This document shows, piece after piece, positions 24,011-34,327 of a stretch of DNA of 64,000 bases. This stretch comes from a virus (Duplodnaviria; Caudoviricetes): positions 5,865 to 69,864 of the IMG/VR virus record IMGVR_UViG_3300042901_002137; one strand, given 5' to 3'. Position numbers and translations under genes: made by a program. The notes under the pieces are model-generated. The model saw only the letters and a list, made by a program, of their open reading frames with translations, searched no databases and was not told the DNA's origin. The first letter of the stretch is position 1. Each line of letters opens with the position of its first letter.

Positions 24011-25606
24011 ATGAGCACAATCTACGGAATCTACACAGGTTACCATAGTCAATCTATCTCTTTAGTTAAAGATGGTGAAATAATAAACTGTCTTGAAGAG
24101 GAGAGAATGACCCGATTAAAAGCGGGTGATAATCACGACTGTTTACCTGAAAAGTCACATGCAAAGATTGAAGAAGTCACCGGTTTGAAATTTGAAGATT
24201 CTGATTACCGTGTTGATGTTTTCCCAAGTCATGAACCTTACACAAGTTTTATTTCTAACGGTAAACCTTATGAAATAATCTCTCACCACACAGCACACTG
24301 TGCCGGTGCCTATTTCACTTCGGGAATGGACGGTAAAGTTTTGACTTTGTCTTATGATGGTGGTGGTCATGAACACCTAATGAAAATTTTTCTATGTGAA
24401 GATGGTAAGATGTTAGAGATATTCAATCTTGAACAATCAACATCAGGAAGTTTAGCACACATTTGGGCATTTGTCACATCAGGTATTATGGGTTATGACC
24501 AATACATGCAAGGTAAATGGAAAATGTGTAAGGATGAAGGTAAGCTCATGGGTATGGCACCTGAAGGACACTACGATGAAAAGATTCATAATCTACTATC
24601 AAGTGTTATAAAGTATGAGAATTTTAATTTCTCACCTTCAGCAACCGCAGAAAAAACCAAGTTCCTCATAGATTCAATGTATCATGATGGTCTGATGAAA
24701 ACACCAAAACAAAGAGAAATTATTTCATATAATCTTCAAAAACTAACCGAAGATTTAATGATTGAATTCTTTAATGATATTCATAAAAAATTTCCTGAGT
24801 ACACCAAAATCGCAGTTGCCGGTGGATTGTTTGCAAATGTCAAACTAAACCAAAAGTTAAATGAATTGGATTGGTTAGACGAATTGTTTGTATACCCACC
24901 AATGGGTGATGAAGGATTGTCTTTAGGTGCAGCTCTTTGGAAATCAAATCAATTGGGTGAATTAAAAAAACCTTTGAAATTGACAAATTTTTCATTTGGT
25001 CCAAGTTATGATGAAGAATCCATTTATGAGTTCTCAAGAGAATTTGATTTCATTAGAACGGGATTAGATTATGATGAAATTGCCAAAGACATTCATTCAG
25101 GAAAAATCATCGGATGGTTTGATGGGGGTATGGAGTTTGGACCAAGAGCGTTAGGTAATAGAAGTTTATTGGTTAGACCAACTCAATTAGAGACCCATAA
25201 AGTTCTTAATCGTAGATTAAACAGGTACGACACAATGCCGTTCGCACCGATGGTCTTGGATGAGTATTTTGAAGATTTGTTTACAACCAACAAATCAAAA
25301 TATTCCGCTCAGTTCATGACAATATGTTACTCAACAAAAACTGAGTGGATGGACAAAATTCCTGCGGTGGTTCAGAAATCAGATAAAACCGCACGACCAC
25401 AGGTAATTACAAGTGAGAATAACCCAAAAATATATCAGTTGATGAAACAATATTTTGAATTATCGTCAATTCCCGCGATATTAAATACATCATTCAATAC
25501 TCACGGAGAACCAATAATTGAAAACCCCTCACACGCCTTTAATCATTTGAAAAATAAAGTTGTTGATAAATTAGTTATAGGAAATTATGTATACCAAAAT
25601 AGATGA
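24011..25606 (+). CDS. carbamoyltransferase (NodU/CmcH/TobZ family) 2
   Basis: EER..R.K, HHTAH, EGKLMGMA, AGG.F.N, GPRALGNRS, PFAP, LNTSFN. Confidence 0.92.
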   Translation: MSTIYGIYTGYHSQSISLVKDGEIINCLEEERMTRLKAGDNHDCLPEKSHAKIEEVTGLKFEDSDYRVDVFPSHEPYTSFISNGKPYEIISHHTAHCAGAYFTSGMDGKVLTLSYDGGGHEHLMKIFLCEDGKMLEIFNLEQSTSGSLAHIWAFVTSGIMGYDQYMQGKWKMCKDEGKLMGMAPEGHYDEKIHNLLSSVIKYENFNFSPSATAEKTKFLIDSMYHDGLMKTPKQREIISYNLQKLTEDLMIEFFNDIHKKFPEYTKIAVAGGLFANVKLNQKLNELDWLDELFVYPPMGDEGLSLGAALWKSNQLGELKKPLKLTNFSFGPSYDEESIYEFSREFDFIRTGLDYDEIAKDIHSGKIIGWFDGGMEFGPRALGNRSLLVRPTQLETHKVLNRRLNRYDTMPFAPMVLDEYFEDLFTTNKSKYSAQFMTICYSTKTEWMDKIPAVVQKSDKTARPQVITSENNPKIYQLMKQYFELSSIPAILNTSFNTHGEPIIENPSHAFNHLKNKVVDKLVIGNYVYQNR

Positions 25607-26231
25607 TATAAAAATTTACTATGATTTTAACGATGGTATCAAGGTTAATGTTGATGGACCTGATAACTTATATTATGTAGAGGTTAGGGAGTATCCAAAA
25701 AAGTCTCAAATAAGTAAACTTGTTCAAGGATATCACATAACAAGTAAAAACATCTACGGTCAAAAAAAGATGTTTCAACTTGATATTAAGTTTTACATGG
25801 ACTTTGAAATATTAATCTACAAATATGATAGTGAGATTGGTTTATCTTTAATATGGTCTCACAGATACAATGATAGGGGTAAATTAGTTAATTTTGAAAT
25901 CACAACTAATGATGAGGACGAAGCCAAATTTTGGATGTCCAAAGTTTTACAATATTCAAAAATAAGTGGGTGTAAGCCAATTATTAAAAGTAAGTTTGAT
26001 AATCTAAATAAATTAACACCTAACTTTTTCAACATAGATGGTGTTGAACCTTACAAAACATATAAAATAGGTAGATTACCTAAATCATCTACAGATTGGA
26101 AAACTGTTGACGATAGATTTCAAGGAGTACTCTATTTTGGTAATTGGAAATCTTTTTGGTCATACGAACATCCTCGTTCTTGGAACGAATTAAATTCTTC
26201 TCAAATAGTTGATGACATACTTGGTTTATAG
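25587..26231 (+). CDS. hypothetical protein
   Basis: 214-aa ORF coupled to carbamoyltransferase 2. Confidence 0.75.
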   Translation: MYTKIDDIKIYYDFNDGIKVNVDGPDNLYYVEVREYPKKSQISKLVQGYHITSKNIYGQKKMFQLDIKFYMDFEILIYKYDSEIGLSLIWSHRYNDRGKLVNFEITTNDEDEAKFWMSKVLQYSKISGCKPIIKSKFDNLNKLTPNFFNIDGVEPYKTYKIGRLPKSSTDWKTVDDRFQGVLYFGNWKSFWSYEHPRSWNELNSSQIVDDILGL

Positions 26232-26263
26232 TATATTTGTACTGTAAACTAAAAATGTTAAAA

Positions 26264-26941
26264 ATGAACTACGGTAAAGAATTTGAAAAGTATTGGGTAA
26301 ATCACTTAGGTAAAGGTTCTCAGAACCTTCATAACTATCAATCACAGATTGAATCATCATTAACCCCTTATGTTTTGGAAGAAAGGGAGTTACGAGCAAC
26401 TCAGATTGATATCTTCTCACGATTGATGAGAGACCGAATTCTTTGGGTTGCGGGTGGAGTTGATGACAACATGTCCACCATAGTGCAAGCACAGTTGATG
26501 TTTTTAGACTCTGTTGATTCCACGGACATCACGATGCACATCGATAGTCCTGGTGGTAGTGTAAAGTCAGGTCTTTCTATTGTTGACGTTATGGATTACA
26601 TTAAATGTGATATCCGAACTGTAAATACAGGGATGGCAGCGTCTATGGGTTCTGTTTTGTTAGGTGCTGGTACCAAAGGTAAACGTTCATCATTACGTTT
26701 CTCTAAAACAATGTTACACCAAACCTCAGGGGGCGCTGGCGGTAACATCCAAGACGCTCGTATTAATTTTCAAGAATGGGAAAAGGTCAACAAAATCTTG
26801 TTTGAACTCTTGGGTTCTTACTGTGGAAAAACTGCAGAACAAGTTGAGTTAGACTCTACTCGTGACTTTTGGTTATCTGCCGAGGAAGCCGTGGAATATG
26901 GTATTATTGACGAGGTTGTTAAAACGAAAAAGAGGGGTTAA
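26264..26941 (+). CDS. clpP: ATP-dependent Clp protease proteolytic subunit
   Basis: IDSPGGSV, AASMGS (Ser), LHQ (His), RDFW (Asp); TATATTTG 26232-26239; start set to MNYGKEF. Confidence 0.95.
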   Translation: MNYGKEFEKYWVNHLGKGSQNLHNYQSQIESSLTPYVLEERELRATQIDIFSRLMRDRILWVAGGVDDNMSTIVQAQLMFLDSVDSTDITMHIDSPGGSVKSGLSIVDVMDYIKCDIRTVNTGMAASMGSVLLGAGTKGKRSSLRFSKTMLHQTSGGAGGNIQDARINFQEWEKVNKILFELLGSYCGKTAEQVELDSTRDFWLSAEEAVEYGIIDEVVKTKKRG

Positions 26942-26954
26942 AAAACCCCTCTTT
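26927..26954. terminator. bidirectional intrinsic terminator
   Basis: AAAGAGGGGTT/AACCCCTCTTT. Confidence 0.8.
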
Positions 26955-27023
26955 CCGAGATACAATTAGAACACCCCTTTCTGTTTGTGTTTATATCAAC
27001 ACGAGTCTCCTCGGAAGATTCCG

Positions 27024-27674
27024 TTAGGACGCAAGTTTTGTCTGCAAGCCTCCAATGTTTTTAACCAATGAGGAGAAGAAGTTACATACTGTTTTACTTA
27101 ATTCTTTACTCAATGGGTCAGTAAATTGTTTTGCCGAATTTCCAACAGAGTTTCTTATAAAATCAACAACCATGTTGTTTGTGAGTTTACTACTTTGTTG
27201 TAGTTCCATAACAAACGCTTCAATTATCGCTTCCGACAATAATTTAGAAAATGCTTCACAACTTCTAAATGAACTAATTAGTTCTGATGGTCTTGATGTT
27301 AAGTAGGACACAATAACACTTGTCCAATACCAATTTTCATCAAAACCTATAAACGCTAATACCTTTCTAACTACGGGTTCTGCCAAGGTCTCAATACCAC
27401 TTGAAAATATTCCACCGAAACCACCAAACAAACCTTTGAACGCAGACCATAAGTCTTGCTCTTCAATCAATCCATAAGAATTGAGTTCATTTAATTCACA
27501 AAAAAGTTGATAAGAAACAACAACTTTCTTGTCTTCGGAAAGTTTATTGTATCTTTCAAAAAAATCAGGACCTCCAATAAGTTCCTTGATTCTTGATTCA
27601 ACAATAACTCTTGAGACTTGTTTGATTTCTTTTTCTTCTTGTATTTGTGTAATATGCTTACGTATGTTGGACAT
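27024..27674 (-). CDS. putative virion/membrane-associated protein
   Basis: Last gene of TATTTAT-led operon; LIEEQ site followed by amphipathic helices. Confidence 0.6.
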   Translation of the reverse strand: MSNIRKHITQIQEEKEIKQVSRVIVESRIKELIGGPDFFERYNKLSEDKKVVVSYQLFCELNELNSYGLIEEQDLWSAFKGLFGGFGGIFSSGIETLAEPVVRKVLAFIGFDENWYWTSVIVSYLTSRPSELISSFRSCEAFSKLLSEAIIEAFVMELQQSSKLTNNMVVDFIRNSVGNSAKQFTDPLSKELSKTVCNFFSSLVKNIGGLQTKLAS

Positions 27675-27676
27675 AA

Positions 27677-28831
27677 TTAAGTTCTTGGTGTTCTTGGTGG
27701 ATTTACTCTAATTAAAAATGCCGAATTTCTATCTACTGTGATGTAGTTAGGACTTGCCTGTCCCATTAATGCTGTAAGTTGAGCTCTTGCTTTTCTATCT
27801 AAACTAACATCTTTAAGTAGGATTGCTCTCTTAGCACAACCTTCAACATCAGATTTGAACTTATTGAATTCTGATGGTGATAGATTTGATGTTCCCTGCA
27901 TAACAAATGCTGTATAGAATACCTCAATCGCGTTATTACAATATTGTCTACTATCAGTTTCAGACCTCATTCTGTCTTTAGCCGCTTGTAATTCACTACC
28001 CTTAACTTTTTGTTCTCCTTCAACTTTGAGATAGATTGTTACAGGGTAATCAAATGGATTATTTGATGCCGGATTAATAACAATTTCTTTAAACCCAATT
28101 TGATTAATTTGTGCCTGATTAGCGTTTTTAGCTAAAACCCATTTAGCGGGAACTTCAGCACCTGTCTCAGGGTCAGTTTTTGGTTGATTATCACCACCAA
28201 GACCATAAAGTTCATTTAAGTAAGCTATTTGGTCTTTAGTCAAAGCTTGATATTGGTTTCTATATTTTTGATTTACACGATATAATTTTTCATTACAAAC
28301 TGTGATGATTTCAACCATAGCAGGATTGTTAACTAATGATGCTCCTCCAGCTGCTGATAATTCATCAATAGTCATAAAATTTTGAGATTTTTTATCTTTC
28401 TTAATAGCATCACACTGACCAGACTCAATGTTTAAAGCTTTACACATCCATTTTCCGGTTGTCTTAATTTGATTGTTAGGTGCAACTGTTTGATAAGTAA
28501 AATTACCAAAATAGTAAGTTGTATCACCCGAAGATGCACCAACTTTTTGGTCATCACCTTCATGTTTGTATTTAATAGCATCACCAGCTCCCGTAACTTT
28601 TATGATAGTTCCTTTAGTTAAAGGTGAACCCTGAGTACATTTAGTTTGAGCATCTCTCAAAACTTTTGAAGGTTCAGTATAACCTTGAGGATTTGCCTCA
28701 GGTGCTGTAAATGATTGTTGTTCTTTAATCAAATTTTTATCAAATAGATGACCCATCAAATCTTCTCTGTATGAGTTATGGCTTTCTAAAATTCGGTCTT
28801 TTTCTTCTTGGGAAATTATTATTTTTTTCAT
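27677..28831 (-). CDS. putative internal virion protein
   Basis: MKKIIISQEEKDRILESH leader, LIKEQ site. Confidence 0.6.
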   Translation of the reverse strand: MKKIIISQEEKDRILESHNSYREDLMGHLFDKNLIKEQQSFTAPEANPQGYTEPSKVLRDAQTKCTQGSPLTKGTIIKVTGAGDAIKYKHEGDDQKVGASSGDTTYYFGNFTYQTVAPNNQIKTTGKWMCKALNIESGQCDAIKKDKKSQNFMTIDELSAAGGASLVNNPAMVEIITVCNEKLYRVNQKYRNQYQALTKDQIAYLNELYGLGGDNQPKTDPETGAEVPAKWVLAKNANQAQINQIGFKEIVINPASNNPFDYPVTIYLKVEGEQKVKGSELQAAKDRMRSETDSRQYCNNAIEVFYTAFVMQGTSNLSPSEFNKFKSDVEGCAKRAILLKDVSLDRKARAQLTALMGQASPNYITVDRNSAFLIRVNPPRTPRT

Positions 28832-28837
28832 TTTTTA

Positions 28838-30010
28838 TTAGTATTCTGCTGTTAGTCCTTCAGTTGAATTAGTCCCTGAAGGTTGAGTTGATGGTGATGA
28901 TGTTGAAGCCGCATCATAATCGGCATATGGTTCTTCACCTGAAAAAGTTCTATTTTGTTGTCTATTTTGCAATTTTTCTCTTGATGATTCTAAATCAGCA
29001 TTTGAACCTGTTTTAATTTGATTGTACGAGTTACAAATACCTTCAATATCTGAAACTAAAATACCTGTCGCCAACCCTAATTCAACCATTTTGGCTTGTG
29101 TTTTTGGACCCCAAAGGCCATCAACATCTCTACCTGTTAATCCAATACAAGTTTGTAAATCTTTAATTTTTTCTGATTTACAACCCTGACTTAAAAATTC
29201 AACTGAATTACAATCTCTGTAGTTACTAGATTCAGGATTAGGACTTGGTGGTGTTGGTGTTGGTGTAATATCATCAGGAACGGGTGTTGCATCATCACTC
29301 ATAAAATAAAATAATAAATAAAGAACACCGGCACCGATACCAACTCGTGCACCCCATTTTAGATATTTTACCCAATTCCAATTTTTTGTTATCACTGTCT
29401 GTACTTGTTCTATAGCACCATTTCTTACTGCTGTATCTAACTCGAGCACTTGTTTTTCTGAAAGTGCTGGTCGTTTCAAATTTTTTGTACGGCCCGTAGC
29501 CGTTTTAACAGTTTTAGAACCGGCCCTTGACGCATTTTTAATTCCTGGAAGTTTACCTTCTAGTTTTACAACAACTTCTACAGTATTTTTATTAAAATTC
29601 TTATTAATGTTTTGTGCCGCAGTCACCGCAGCTTCTTTTTCCGCTGTAGATGTAACAGCTTTTGCACCTTTAGATGTGGTGATTTTAGCAGCTGCTTCAG
29701 TCTCTTCTTTAGCAATTTTTGCAGCCTCAACCCTAAGAGCACTTTTTTGTGGTCCAGTCAAAGAATTCAAACCGGTTTTTTTCAAAACACTTGACTCAAT
29801 ATTTTTAGCAGATTTTGTTACGGCTGCGTCAGCTTCTTTTGCACCCGCTCTTATTGCGGTTTTAATTTCTGCTCTAATAATTGTTTGTATTTCGGTCTCT
29901 GCAATTTGTTTGAATACATTACCTATTACACCCTCATTAAGTAATGATTTTGTCGTACCGTAAATTATCTCACTTATTCTTGATACTTCGGTTAGTAGAT
30001 TATTTGGCAT
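28838..30010 (-). CDS. Ala/Lys-rich TM protein with peptidoglycan-binding-like domain
   Basis: LLTEVSRISE leader, TM helix, CKSEKIKDLQ...DGLWGPKT; TATTTAT 30024-30030. Confidence 0.65.
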   Translation of the reverse strand: MPNNLLTEVSRISEIIYGTTKSLLNEGVIGNVFKQIAETEIQTIIRAEIKTAIRAGAKEADAAVTKSAKNIESSVLKKTGLNSLTGPQKSALRVEAAKIAKEETEAAAKITTSKGAKAVTSTAEKEAAVTAAQNINKNFNKNTVEVVVKLEGKLPGIKNASRAGSKTVKTATGRTKNLKRPALSEKQVLELDTAVRNGAIEQVQTVITKNWNWVKYLKWGARVGIGAGVLYLLFYFMSDDATPVPDDITPTPTPPSPNPESSNYRDCNSVEFLSQGCKSEKIKDLQTCIGLTGRDVDGLWGPKTQAKMVELGLATGILVSDIEGICNSYNQIKTGSNADLESSREKLQNRQQNRTFSGEEPYADYDAASTSSPSTQPSGTNSTEGLTAEY

Positions 30011-30050
30011 AAGTTTTTTTATTATAAATATATTAATTTGTTTTTAAGTT

Positions 30051-31463
30051 TTAAGCGGTCGGTCTTTTAGCTTCAACCCCTTTGAGTCCCTTCCTCAAAA
30101 AATCAGTTCCAGCCTTAGCCGCTTTACCCATAGCATCTTTTGCTTTTTGTGGTATAAGTTTAGCAATCCCTCTCTCATCCATAGTAACACCCACAGATTG
30201 TAGACCGGCATTATCTATTTTACCGTCCGTTCTTAATTGAGTATACCTACTCAACTCAGGGTCACTATTAAAATACGATGCGAATTTTTTTACCGCATCT
30301 TCAGTGTTTTTATCAAAAGTATTACCTGTAGATATTTTTTTTGGGTCAATTTTAAATTTATCTGAAACAATTGAGTTATGATATTCTCTAAAATATTTAT
30401 TCAATGCTGCAACATCTTGTCCTGAAGAACCGATACCTAAAAGAACAGGTTTAGAAATAAAACCAACCACAACACCTGTCCCCACAGCAACCGCTCCTTG
30501 TTTACTAAATAATTGTGATATGAACTTATCCACTCCGTCTAAAACCTTACTAACACCTGACATTACCGTGCTAACAACTTTTTTAGCCCCAGGAATATAT
30601 TTTACAATAAAATCTCCAAAAGATTTTAATGTGTTAGAGATACCTGGTAACATATTTTTGAATTTAGTTAAGGTACTTTTTAAAAAACTACTCATTGGTT
30701 TACCAGCTTTAACCGCTCTTATTGCGGTTTTAGCGGTGAGTCCAGCTGCGGCGGCAAAGGTAAATGAAATTAAATCAATTAATAAACCAGCATAAGGGTC
30801 TTGTTTTCTTTCCTCATCTTCAGGGTCAAAGTTTCCAGTTGTTATTTCAAAAATATCCAAAATAACAATCATTGACCATATCAACTTATTAATACCTGAT
30901 GTTACAGGTATTATTGCACTAACAACATCAACTATGGTACCCATCATAGTGTAGGCATTTTTTCTAATCCATCTAAGAAGAGGTAAAAATCCTTTCATTA
31001 AAATAGATTTTGCAAAATTAGCAGATACTTTACTTATGGCACTACCAACTTTTTTTGCACCATCCCAAGCTTTTCCTGCACTTTTTTTAATCCAATCCCA
31101 CTGTTCAGTTAATAACCCATCGTCATCTAATGAAACAACACATTCTAAAAATAACTCTTTAGTCCAAACAATCGAGTTAACAACACTCTCCTCAATAACA
31201 TCAACACCTTTATTAATATTCTCATTGATAATCTCATTAATTACCCAAGTATTTTCCCAAATATTACCAATGTAACCAAGTTCTTTTGATATTAGATTAT
31301 CAGCAAAAATCACATACTTTTGATTTTCAGTAACCACAAAATCAAAAATTACATCATCATTAGAATTCGTTAACAAATCATAATTTTCGTTTAATGTTTT
31401 GTTACTGTCAAAACTCATTAAAAATTTACTTCTTTCTAATTTGGTGTTCATATTAAAATCCAT
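30051..31463 (-). CDS. multi-TM protein with peptidoglycan-binding-like domain
   Basis: LLTEQ site, hydrophobic helices, LGIGSSGQDVAALN...FDKNTEDAVKKF. Confidence 0.65.
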   Translation of the reverse strand: MDFNMNTKLERSKFLMSFDSNKTLNENYDLLTNSNDDVIFDFVVTENQKYVIFADNLISKELGYIGNIWENTWVINEIINENINKGVDVIEESVVNSIVWTKELFLECVVSLDDDGLLTEQWDWIKKSAGKAWDGAKKVGSAISKVSANFAKSILMKGFLPLLRWIRKNAYTMMGTIVDVVSAIIPVTSGINKLIWSMIVILDIFEITTGNFDPEDEERKQDPYAGLLIDLISFTFAAAAGLTAKTAIRAVKAGKPMSSFLKSTLTKFKNMLPGISNTLKSFGDFIVKYIPGAKKVVSTVMSGVSKVLDGVDKFISQLFSKQGAVAVGTGVVVGFISKPVLLGIGSSGQDVAALNKYFREYHNSIVSDKFKIDPKKISTGNTFDKNTEDAVKKFASYFNSDPELSRYTQLRTDGKIDNAGLQSVGVTMDERGIAKLIPQKAKDAMGKAAKAGTDFLRKGLKGVEAKRPTA

Positions 31464-31971
31464 ATTTCACTTTTTTAGTATCAACAACTGTACACCACTT
31501 ATCATATTTTTTATCTCTTGGTTTTGCGTTACATAATTTTTCAGCCAATCCAATACCTCTATTAATAATTCTACTTTCTCCCGAACTAAACAATTCTCCA
31601 TCTAAAGCAGATAATAAAGATTCACCATACGATTCTTTATATTTTTTAGACAAACCCAAAAATTCGTTTAATGATTTAAAACCGTTATCGATTGAATAAT
31701 TTACACCTTCGAATGAAGTTCCCAAACCTGTTACAGCATTTTTGATAGCTTCAGCGGCTTTAACCTGTGTGTTTCCAATAACAGGTGTGAAGTCTTTTAC
31801 TAATTCAGGGTAATCTAAAATTTGTCTGATTCTAATATCAAAATATTCCTCAGGAGTCGATTCATTTATTAGTTCGGCGTTTTCACTTAAAGTTTTGTTT
31901 GTGTCGTAGTTCATTACCAAAAGGCTTCTTTTCAACTCTTCAAGACCTTCATTAATATTGTACTGTCCCAT
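31453..31971 (-). CDS. hypothetical protein (annexin-like helical repeat)
   Basis: INEG leader, AIKNAVTGLGT...YGESL..ALDGE; TATTTAT 31986-31992. Confidence 0.55.
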   Translation of the reverse strand: MGQYNINEGLEELKRSLLVMNYDTNKTLSENAELINESTPEEYFDIRIRQILDYPELVKDFTPVIGNTQVKAAEAIKNAVTGLGTSFEGVNYSIDNGFKSLNEFLGLSKKYKESYGESLLSALDGELFSSGESRIINRGIGLAEKLCNAKPRDKKYDKWCTVVDTKKVKYGF

Positions 31972-31992
31972 ATTTTTCTTTCTTAATAAATA

Positions 31993-32280
31993 TTATGATT
32001 CTTTAGCAGGATTTGCTTTACCTCTTTGTACACCACTGTACCATTTATGTTTTGGGTCGTTCATATAGGTCTTTCCGAAAGTTCTACCACTCTCCCATTT
32101 ATAACCAGGTCCACCGTATGTTTTACCCATAGTCCTTCCACTCTCCCACTTTTTAACAGTACCAGATGATGTATCTGAGCTTGACGTATCCGCAGAGGCA
32201 TCCTGCTCAGCAAATTCCATTTTATTTGAGTAGGATAGTTTTTTTAAGAGATTGATAATATTATCAACGTTTAAATCCAT
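31993..32280 (-). CDS. small protein with KWESG repeats
   Basis: KWESGRTMGKTY / KWESGRTFGKTY / KWYSGVQRGKAN; TATTTAT 32285-32291. Confidence 0.7.
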   Translation of the reverse strand: MDLNVDNIINLLKKLSYSNKMEFAEQDASADTSSSDTSSGTVKKWESGRTMGKTYGGPGYKWESGRTFGKTYMNDPKHKWYSGVQRGKANPAKES

Positions 32281-32299
32281 ATTAATAAATACCTTTTCC

Positions 32300-32623
32300 T
32301 TAGTAAATCTCGGCTTTCGGTAATCTATTTGGATTTACGGTGTAATATTCATTCAAAAAGGATATTAATTGGTCTTCATCAATTAAAGTGTCACCAACTT
32401 CATGGTCTTCCTCAAACAACGAGTCTTCATCATCCTCATCAAAACCCATTTCAAAGAAATCAAATGTCTCATCTTCCAAATTATACCCATACTCCTCAGC
32501 AATGGAGTAATCCATTTTATCCTCCCTGACCATATCCTCAGAATCGTCCATCAATCTAAATGTAACTTCCAAAATGTTTGTCTTTGGGTTTACATTATAT
32601 TCAACTATTTCAATCACTTCCAT
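32300..32623 (-). CDS. acidic hypothetical protein
   Basis: 107-aa ORF. Confidence 0.75.
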   Translation of the reverse strand: MEVIEIVEYNVNPKTNILEVTFRLMDDSEDMVREDKMDYSIAEEYGYNLEDETFDFFEMGFDEDDEDSLFEEDHEVGDTLIDEDQLISFLNEYYTVNPNRLPKAEIY

Positions 32624-32712
32624 ATCTAAACTTTATCAACAAATATTTCAAAATCCACATAAGTTCACTTTCTTATATTTTTATTTTGAATATTTTTATA
32701 AAAAAATTACAT

Positions 32713-33291
32713 ATGAGAGTCAACGCATTGGTTATTGATGATTTTTATTCTGACCCCGATAAGGTTAGAAATTTCGCATTAAAACAAGAATTTAAAGTCC
32801 GTGGTAACTATCCAGGACAAAGAACCGAGTCATATTTAAATGACTCAATGAAAAAAAGATTACAGGAAATTTTGTATCCTTACGCTGGTACTATCACAAA
32901 CTGGGGTGGGGAATATACAGGGTCTTTCCAATACACCGTATCTCGTGACCGTTCTTGGATTCATGCTGATTCAACAACTGATTGGGCTGCGGTTCTTTAT
33001 TTAACCCCTGACGCACCACTAAGTGCTGGTACAGGTATTTTCAAACACAAAGCAACGGGTTTGACAAATTGGGACTATAGAAATAGTAATCCTGAATATC
33101 TAAAGACTCAACCTCCTGGTGATGATTTCCAAGACATGACAAAATGGGAAATAGTTGATAAATTTGGAAACGTATACAATAGATTAATTATGTATCGTGC
33201 CGATAACTACCACATGTCGTTGGACTATTTTGGTAATAATCTTGAGAACGGGAGATTGTTCCAAGTATTCTTCTTTAATACAGAGTTTTAA
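32713..33291 (+). CDS. DUF6445 / 2OG-Fe(II) oxygenase-like
   Basis: VIDDFY.DP..VR.FAL, NYPG.RT, IHAD, NVYNRL, RLFQVFFF; start trimmed to MRVNA. Confidence 0.75.
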   Translation: MRVNALVIDDFYSDPDKVRNFALKQEFKVRGNYPGQRTESYLNDSMKKRLQEILYPYAGTITNWGGEYTGSFQYTVSRDRSWIHADSTTDWAAVLYLTPDAPLSAGTGIFKHKATGLTNWDYRNSNPEYLKTQPPGDDFQDMTKWEIVDKFGNVYNRLIMYRADNYHMSLDYFGNNLENGRLFQVFFFNTEF

Positions 33292-33716
33292 TCTAATGGT
33301 AATAGTGTGGGGTCGGTTAATATAATCGTCTCCACAACACCATTTAAACAATAACAAGTAACTTCATTACTTGGGATTCCCCTAACGTATTTCAAACCAT
33401 TAAATGCAAGGAAAAGGGGTTTAAACCTCCTTTTTTTGTTGTACCACACATCTTCAGAGTTAAATCCAAACCCCATCAAAAAATCAATAGAATCTTTGGT
33501 GTAAGATTCGTATATTCTGATGTTATAATCAATAACCAAGGACCTCAATTGATGTCCTCTTGAAGACCTTGGCTCTTCAATTATTAATGGGTCTAAAGAT
33601 ACAGGAGTTTTAGTTTGGTTATCAATGATGAAATTCCAAAAAAATACTCCCCCATCTTTTGAAATGTTATAAAACTCACTAACAGGTGTTATCTCAAATT
33701 TTTCCCCGACAACCAT
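33288..33716 (-). CDS. hypothetical protein
   Basis: 142-aa ORF. Confidence 0.65.
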   Translation of the reverse strand: MVVGEKFEITPVSEFYNISKDGGVFFWNFIIDNQTKTPVSLDPLIIEEPRSSRGHQLRSLVIDYNIRIYESYTKDSIDFLMGFGFNSEDVWYNKKRRFKPLFLAFNGLKYVRGIPSNEVTCYCLNGVVETIILTDPTLLPLD

Positions 33717-34285
33717 GTTACCAATGAAATACGAGTACCGTCTGTTACTGGTGTAACTCTGTGTAAAACAAATGATGAGAAGAATATGATTCTACCTTTT
33801 TTCTTTTCAATTGTAATCACACCTGAACCATTGTTTAATTGTAAGTCACCACCTTCATAATCGTCAGGGTCAGACAATTGGATTACACACGATAATTTTC
33901 TGTTTGAGATTGTTGGACCCAAATCAGCATGCCAGTCATAGTGACCTCCATTACCTTCATAAACGGTGTATTGGAGTTGGTCGTTATAACCCCAAATTTC
34001 GTAATTCCACATATTGGTGTTTGCTGTGTGAGCTAACTCACTAATTTTATCGTACAACCAAAGACTTCTTTGTTCATCAGGAAGCCAAGTGACAGTACTT
34101 TTTCGGTACTCAGAAACGTTTACCCCCTCTTCTCCAACGGTGGTAGCATTCAGTTTAGGATAAGACATTGCAAGATTGTGAATTTTTGTTAATTCATCAT
34201 CAGTGAATACATTGTCAAAATAGTAATAATTGTAGTGGTCTACATTATTTCTTTCTTTAGAAATAAAAAAGTGATTAGCTGACAT
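33689..34285 (-). CDS. 2OG-Fe(II) oxygenase (prolyl-4-hydroxylase-like)
   Basis: YDWHAD, RKLS, YEGGDL, HRVTPVT.G.R.SLV.W. Confidence 0.9.
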   Translation of the reverse strand: MSANHFFISKERNNVDHYNYYYFDNVFTDDELTKIHNLAMSYPKLNATTVGEEGVNVSEYRKSTVTWLPDEQRSLWLYDKISELAHTANTNMWNYEIWGYNDQLQYTVYEGNGGHYDWHADLGPTISNRKLSCVIQLSDPDDYEGGDLQLNNGSGVITIEKKKGRIIFFSSFVLHRVTPVTDGTRISLVTWLSGKNLR

Positions 34286-34327
34286 TAGTTTAAAATAATT
34301 ATAATTTGTTTATCTTTAAGTAAAGAT

